From positions 3,868 to 67,867 of the forward strand of contig CALWTR010000046.1 in NCBI GenBank assembly GCA_944384525.1: a DNA stretch of 64,000 nucleotides. The letters run 5' to 3'. Under the pieces are notes generated by a model that had not been told where the DNA came from, searched no databases, and saw nothing but the letters and a program-made list of their open reading frames with translations. Shown here piece by piece: positions 59,855 through 64,000 of the stretch; the stretch's first letter is position 1, and each line of letters opens with the position of its first letter. The DNA comes from an uncultured Clostridia bacterium (lineage in GTDB: Bacteria > Bacillota > Clostridia > Oscillospirales > CAG-272). The position numbers and the translations under genes were made by a program.

Positions 59855-61381
59855 ATGAAGAATTTTGCATCTAAAATGTATGAGTCACTTATATCGGTGG
59901 CTCCGATAGCTGTTATAATCTCGGTGCTCAACTTTTCTCTCGGAGGGATGCCGGCGCTCAACTTCGTGTCGTTTCTTATAGGAGTACTGCTCCTGCTTAT
60001 CGGAATGGCGCTCTATTCCATAGGCAGCGCATCTTCAATGGAACCGATAGGTGAGCATATAGGAGATCGTGCCGCCGCGTCCAATAAGATATGGTTCATA
60101 TTGCTGACAAGTTTTACGGTCGGACTTATGGTGACGATGGCGGAGCCGGATCTCACCGTGCTGGCAACTCAGATAAGCTCGATACCCAACATGGTCCTGA
60201 TAACCAGCGTGGGGATAGGCGTCGGAGTATTTATGCTGGTGGCTGTTTTGAGGCTTATGTTCAGGTTAAGGATAAACTATCTCTTCATAATCCTTTATTC
60301 AGTCGTATTTTTGCTTGCCTACTTTGTCTCTGACGCATATGTGCCGCTCGCTTTTGATTCGGGAGGGGTGACGACTGGGCCGATAACAGTACCGTTCGTG
60401 TTGACGTTCGGAGTAGGCATCTCGGGTGCGCTTGGAGGCGCAAGATCGCAGGAGGACAGTTTCGGCATGGTAGGCATATGCTCTGTCGGTCCGGTGCTTG
60501 CGGTACTGATACTCGGTCTGCTTTATCGCTCGGAGGCGAGTGCCGAAGCTGTTGCAATGACGGATTTCCGCAACTTTGCGGACGTACTGAATGCTTATTT
60601 TCATGCGCTGCCGGAGTATTTTAAGGAGGTCGGTATAGCGATCTCTCCGATAGTTGTCTTCTTTTTGATCTTTCAGTTTGCCTCACTCAAGCTCCCCGCA
60701 AAAAGCCTTACAAAAATCATAGTGGGCATCATATACACCTATATAGGACTGACTCTTTTTCTTACCGGCGCAAACGTAGGTTTTATGCAGGCGGGGTCGT
60801 TTATAGGGGACGCTACCGCCCGCTCTTCAAGGTGGCTCCCGGTGCTTATAGGCATAGTTGTAGGTGCATTTCTGGTTCTTGCCGAGCCTGCGGTGCACAC
60901 TCTTAACAAACAGGTCGAGGAGATAACCGGAGGAGCGATAAAGCGGCGTACCATGCTGTTGTTTCTTGCGATATCAATGTCGATAGCGGTCGGGCTCAGC
61001 ATGGTCAGAGTTGTGACCGGGATATCGATCTGGTATATAATTTTGCCGGTATATGTTCTGGCGCTCGGAATATCGTTTTTTGTACCGAAGCTCTTTACCG
61101 CGATAGCCTTTGACTCGGGTGGAGTGGCATCCGGTCCGATGACGTCGACATTTTTGCTCCCCTTTGCAATGGGGGCGTCTGCCGCTTTCGGGGGGAATAT
61201 AATGACAGACGCGTTCGGAATAGTCGCTTTTGTTGCGATGACACCGCTTATCTCCATACAGATAATGGGTATAATATATAAGATCAGGAACAACATTGCC
61301 CGCAGGGATGCGTCTGAGAAGTATGCAGAACTGCTTAGGCGAGAGGGAGAGATCATCTCTCTGGAGGAGCGAGAGATATGA
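59855..61381 (+). CDS. DUF1538-type polytopic membrane protein (two homologous halves)
   Basis: 508 aa. AFDSGGVTTGPITVPF (aa 166-181) and AFDSGGVASGPMTSTF (aa 418-433) form one repeated motif pair. MAEPDLTVLA and LAEPAVHTLN form a second pair. Confidence 0.8.
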   Translation: MKNFASKMYESLISVAPIAVIISVLNFSLGGMPALNFVSFLIGVLLLLIGMALYSIGSASSMEPIGEHIGDRAAASNKIWFILLTSFTVGLMVTMAEPDLTVLATQISSIPNMVLITSVGIGVGVFMLVAVLRLMFRLRINYLFIILYSVVFLLAYFVSDAYVPLAFDSGGVTTGPITVPFVLTFGVGISGALGGARSQEDSFGMVGICSVGPVLAVLILGLLYRSEASAEAVAMTDFRNFADVLNAYFHALPEYFKEVGIAISPIVVFFLIFQFASLKLPAKSLTKIIVGIIYTYIGLTLFLTGANVGFMQAGSFIGDATARSSRWLPVLIGIVVGAFLVLAEPAVHTLNKQVEEITGGAIKRRTMLLFLAISMSIAVGLSMVRVVTGISIWYIILPVYVLALGISFFVPKLFTAIAFDSGGVASGPMTSTFLLPFAMGASAAFGGNIMTDAFGIVAFVAMTPLISIQIMGIIYKIRNNIARRDASEKYAELLRREGEIISLEEREI

Positions 61382-61734
61382 AACTGAAATTGCTTTTTGT
61401 CATCGTTGACAGGAACAGGGCGGAAAAGGTCATCACCTCGCTCGGGGCTTTGGGGGTCAGCTATTCGGACGCTATGCTCGGAGTCGGGACCGCCCCCTCC
61501 ACGCTGTCCGAGCTGCTCGGCGTCGGAGAGACGGAGAAAGCGGTCATAATGGGCACCGTAACGGAAGACAGGCTGGATATGATCTGGGAATGTCTCAGAA
61601 TAGAATACGGATTCGAGCAGAGGGGGACAGGGATCGCCTTCACTATACCGATATCCAGCGTAGGCGGTCCGGCAACTCTTATGATACTGTCGGGAGGCTC
61701 CGGCGAGACAAAGGAGAAAAAGTATGGAATATAA
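61378..61734 (+). CDS. P-II-family signal transduction protein (paralogue 1)
   Basis: 118 aa with a beta-alpha-beta pattern (KLLFVIVDRNRAEKV...GVGT...EKAVIMGTV...). Its start overlaps the DUF1538 stop (ATGA). Confidence 0.7.
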   Translation: MKLKLLFVIVDRNRAEKVITSLGALGVSYSDAMLGVGTAPSTLSELLGVGETEKAVIMGTVTEDRLDMIWECLRIEYGFEQRGTGIAFTIPISSVGGPATLMILSGGSGETKEKKYGI

Positions 61735-62074
61735 GCTTATAATAGTTATAGTCAATAAAGGTTACTCCACTTCGGTCATGGATGCGGCGCGCGGAGCGAG
61801 CGCAACAGGCGGTACTATGATACATGCGCGCGGAACCGGATCACATATGGCGGAAAAGCTTTTTGGAGTTGCAGTACAGCCGGAGAAGGAGGTCATAATG
61901 ATACTTTCCCCATCCTCTTCCTGCGACGAAATAATGAGGGCGGTGATCGCAAAGGCGGGACTCAATACCCTCGGGGCGGGAATATGTTTCTCTCTCCCTG
62001 TTGATAATGTGCTTGGAATAGCGGCGGGTATCAACAGCGGTGAAGACGCAGAGGATGCACCTAAGCAGATGTGA
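61724..62074 (+). CDS. P-II-family signal transduction protein (paralogue 2)
   Basis: 116 aa (KLIIVIVNKGYSTSVMDAARGASATGGTMIHARGTG...EKEVIMIL...). It overlaps the preceding gene by 11 nt. Confidence 0.75.
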   Translation: MEYKLIIVIVNKGYSTSVMDAARGASATGGTMIHARGTGSHMAEKLFGVAVQPEKEVIMILSPSSSCDEIMRAVIAKAGLNTLGAGICFSLPVDNVLGIAAGINSGEDAEDAPKQM

Positions 62075-62123
62075 AATGTATACATAAATCGTATTGAATT
62101 TTTGTCCAAACCAACGAAATTTT

Positions 62124-62149
62124 ATCCCGGCTGTTGCCGGGATTTTTTA
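62124..62149 (+). terminator. rho-independent terminator
   Basis: Stem ATCCCGGC (62124-62131) / GCCGGGAT (62136-62143) followed by a T-run. Confidence 0.8.
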
Positions 62150-62212
62150 TTCATGCTATAATTATATATGTACAAATAGATGCTTTTGGTTTTCACGGAG
62201 GTTATATAAAGC

Positions 62213-64000
62213 ATGAAGAAGGAAAGGATCATATCACTTATACTTTCATTTGTAATGCTGCTTGGTATCATTGCTTTTACAGTATCCTGCTCAGACGGTA
62301 ACGACAATACAGGTGGCGGGACCGAGGGTCCCGTCGGCGGCAACGGAGACGGCGACGGAAACGGAAACGGAAACGATACAGGTGACGGAGGGCAGACAGA
62401 ACCTGAGACCTTTGAGCTTGTTACTGACGGAGTCGCGAATTTTAATATAGTGTACGGAAAAGGCAACTCATCTGAGGTCACCGACAAGCTGGATCAGATG
62501 CTCGAGGAGCTGAACGCGCTCGGTGCAGGTACCTCGCTCAAGGAGGATTATTACATACGCGATATCCAGGACTGCGAGATCCTTATAGGAGAGGTAGATT
62601 ACCGCGACGGCTGCGAGGTGGATGTTCATCCGCTCGGCCCGAACGGATATTTGATCAAGGCGGTCGGCGAACGAATAGTCATAGCCGGCGGGTCTGATTC
62701 CGCGTTGATAACGGCGATAGACTTTTTCCTCGACAATTATTTAAAGATCAATGACGCGACAGACTCTCTCGGGACAGTCACGATAGCGAAGGACCTTTAT
62801 ATCGAGAAGTTGACGGACAACTATCAGATATCATCGATCTCTGTCTCCGGTAATGATATCTCGGAATATAAGATAGCGGTCAACTGGTCTGACAGAAACG
62901 CATACAGCGGAGCACAAAAGCTGCAGGCGGAACTGTACAATCGCGCCGGATACTGGCTTGATCTGGTCACTATAACGTCCGAGTATGATAAGGCGATAGT
63001 GATACGGGAGGTCGATGATGCAGGTACGGACGGATTCCGCGTCAGCGTCAGCGGAGACGATCTCTTGATAGAATGCTCTTATAACAATGCCTTTGAAAAG
63101 GGGATGACTGCATTTATGGAAGAAAATATCGCAGACAAGAGCGGAGACGTTAACTTCAGCCCGGATTTCTCGTTCAGCAAAGCGGTCAACTATGTCAAAT
63201 ACAGCGAATTCGGTGCCGTGGGAGACGGAGTTACCGACGACTTTGACGCGATAGCGGCGGCACATGCTTTCGCAAACGCCGGCGGACAGTCTGTATATGC
63301 TGATGAAAATAAATCCTATTATATCGGGGTCCACAGGAGCACGATAACAATAAAAACAGATACATATTGGGGCACGTCTCGCTTTATAATAGATGACAGA
63401 TCGGTATCTGTCAGCGATAAGGGATACAATGTCTTTGTCGTGGCGTCTGATTACGCATCCACAACTCTGACGGGCATAGATTCTCTTGTAAAGGGGCAGG
63501 CGAATATAGGTATAAGCCCCGGATATGACTGCATGCTCCTTATAGTAAACGACAATTATAAAAATTATATACGTTACGGCGCCAACGCTAACTCCGGCAC
63601 CTCACAGCAGGAGATCATAATCGTTGATAAGGACGGAAACGTAGATCCCGATACGCCTATCCTCTGGGACTACACCGAGGTCACCAAGGTGACCGCATAC
63701 CGTATCGACGATAAGCCGATAACGATATCCGGCGGAATATTTACGACCAGGGCGAACCAGGCGGCGTCCGAGTATAACTATTATAACCGAGGGATAAATA
63801 TTGCGCGCTCCAATACAACGGTCGTCGGTCTGAAACACTATATAACCGACGAGGGGTCGACCGGAGCTCCGTACAGCTACTTCCTCGGCGTTAACACCGC
63901 TAATAATGTTCTTATCAAGGATTGCCTGCTGACCGGTCACAAGACCTACAAGAATTCCTCAAATGTCAGCATGGGTACATATGATACCCAGGCTACTCGT
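62213..64000 (+). CDS. lipoprotein with pectate-lyase-superfamily (right-handed beta-helix) domain, 3' end outside window
   Basis: Not in the ORF track because there is no stop in the window. The frame is open for 596 codons from the ATG at 62213 (GGAGG 12 nt upstream). Lipobox IIAFTVSC-SDG, a G/N/D linker, and a YSEFGAVGDGVTDDFDAIAAAHAFANAGG motif at ~63200-63290. Confidence 0.8.
   Translation, partial: MKKERIISLILSFVMLLGIIAFTVSCSDGNDNTGGGTEGPVGGNGDGDGNGNGNDTGDGGQTEPETFELVTDGVANFNIVYGKGNSSEVTDKLDQMLEELNALGAGTSLKEDYYIRDIQDCEILIGEVDYRDGCEVDVHPLGPNGYLIKAVGERIVIAGGSDSALITAIDFFLDNYLKINDATDSLGTVTIAKDLYIEKLTDNYQISSISVSGNDISEYKIAVNWSDRNAYSGAQKLQAELYNRAGYWLDLVTITSEYDKAIVIREVDDAGTDGFRVSVSGDDLLIECSYNNAFEKGMTAFMEENIADKSGDVNFSPDFSFSKAVNYVKYSEFGAVGDGVTDDFDAIAAAHAFANAGGQSVYADENKSYYIGVHRSTITIKTDTYWGTSRFIIDDRSVSVSDKGYNVFVVASDYASTTLTGIDSLVKGQANIGISPGYDCMLLIVNDNYKNYIRYGANANSGTSQQEIIIVDKDGNVDPDTPILWDYTEVTKVTAYRIDDKPITISGGIFTTRANQAASEYNYYNRGINIARSNTTVVGLKHYITDEGSTGAPYSYFLGVNTANNVLIKDCLLTGHKTYKNSSNVSMGTYDTQATR

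Overview
Origin-proximal chromosomal segment of an endospore-forming Firmicute (Clostridia-like, roughly 50% G+C by eye). No rRNA, tRNA, CRISPR array, transposase or integrase was seen. A minus-strand block holds rnj, gyrA, gyrB, remB-like, recF, dnaN and dnaA, with a 405-bp, very AT-rich dnaA-dnaN spacer (probable oriC), and a partial parB sits at the left edge. To the right lie spoVAC-AD-AE, nagB-nagA, alaS, addA, truB, spoIIE, a GH27 alpha-galactosidase, a small thioredoxin module and mnmG-ymdB-rny. Further right are the CIRCE-controlled hrcA-grpE-dnaK-dnaJ operon, dus, nrdD (consensus promoter flanked by two NrdR-type boxes), feoAB plus an unlisted 57-codon Cys-rich gene, a three-gene GlpA-like flavoprotein cluster and mgtC. 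The most unusual part is an apparent six-gene unit (55.6-62.1 kb). It combines a fused GT4 glycosyltransferase/acyltransferase, a flippase-like UPF0104 membrane protein and a GT8 glycosyltransferase with an internally duplicated DUF1538-type membrane protein and two translationally coupled P-II-like signalling proteins. A beta-helix lipoprotein gene runs off the right edge. Several ORF-track entries have spurious N-terminal extensions, and many long antisense shadow ORFs are rejected. All family assignments rest on motifs recognised by eye; no database search was run.
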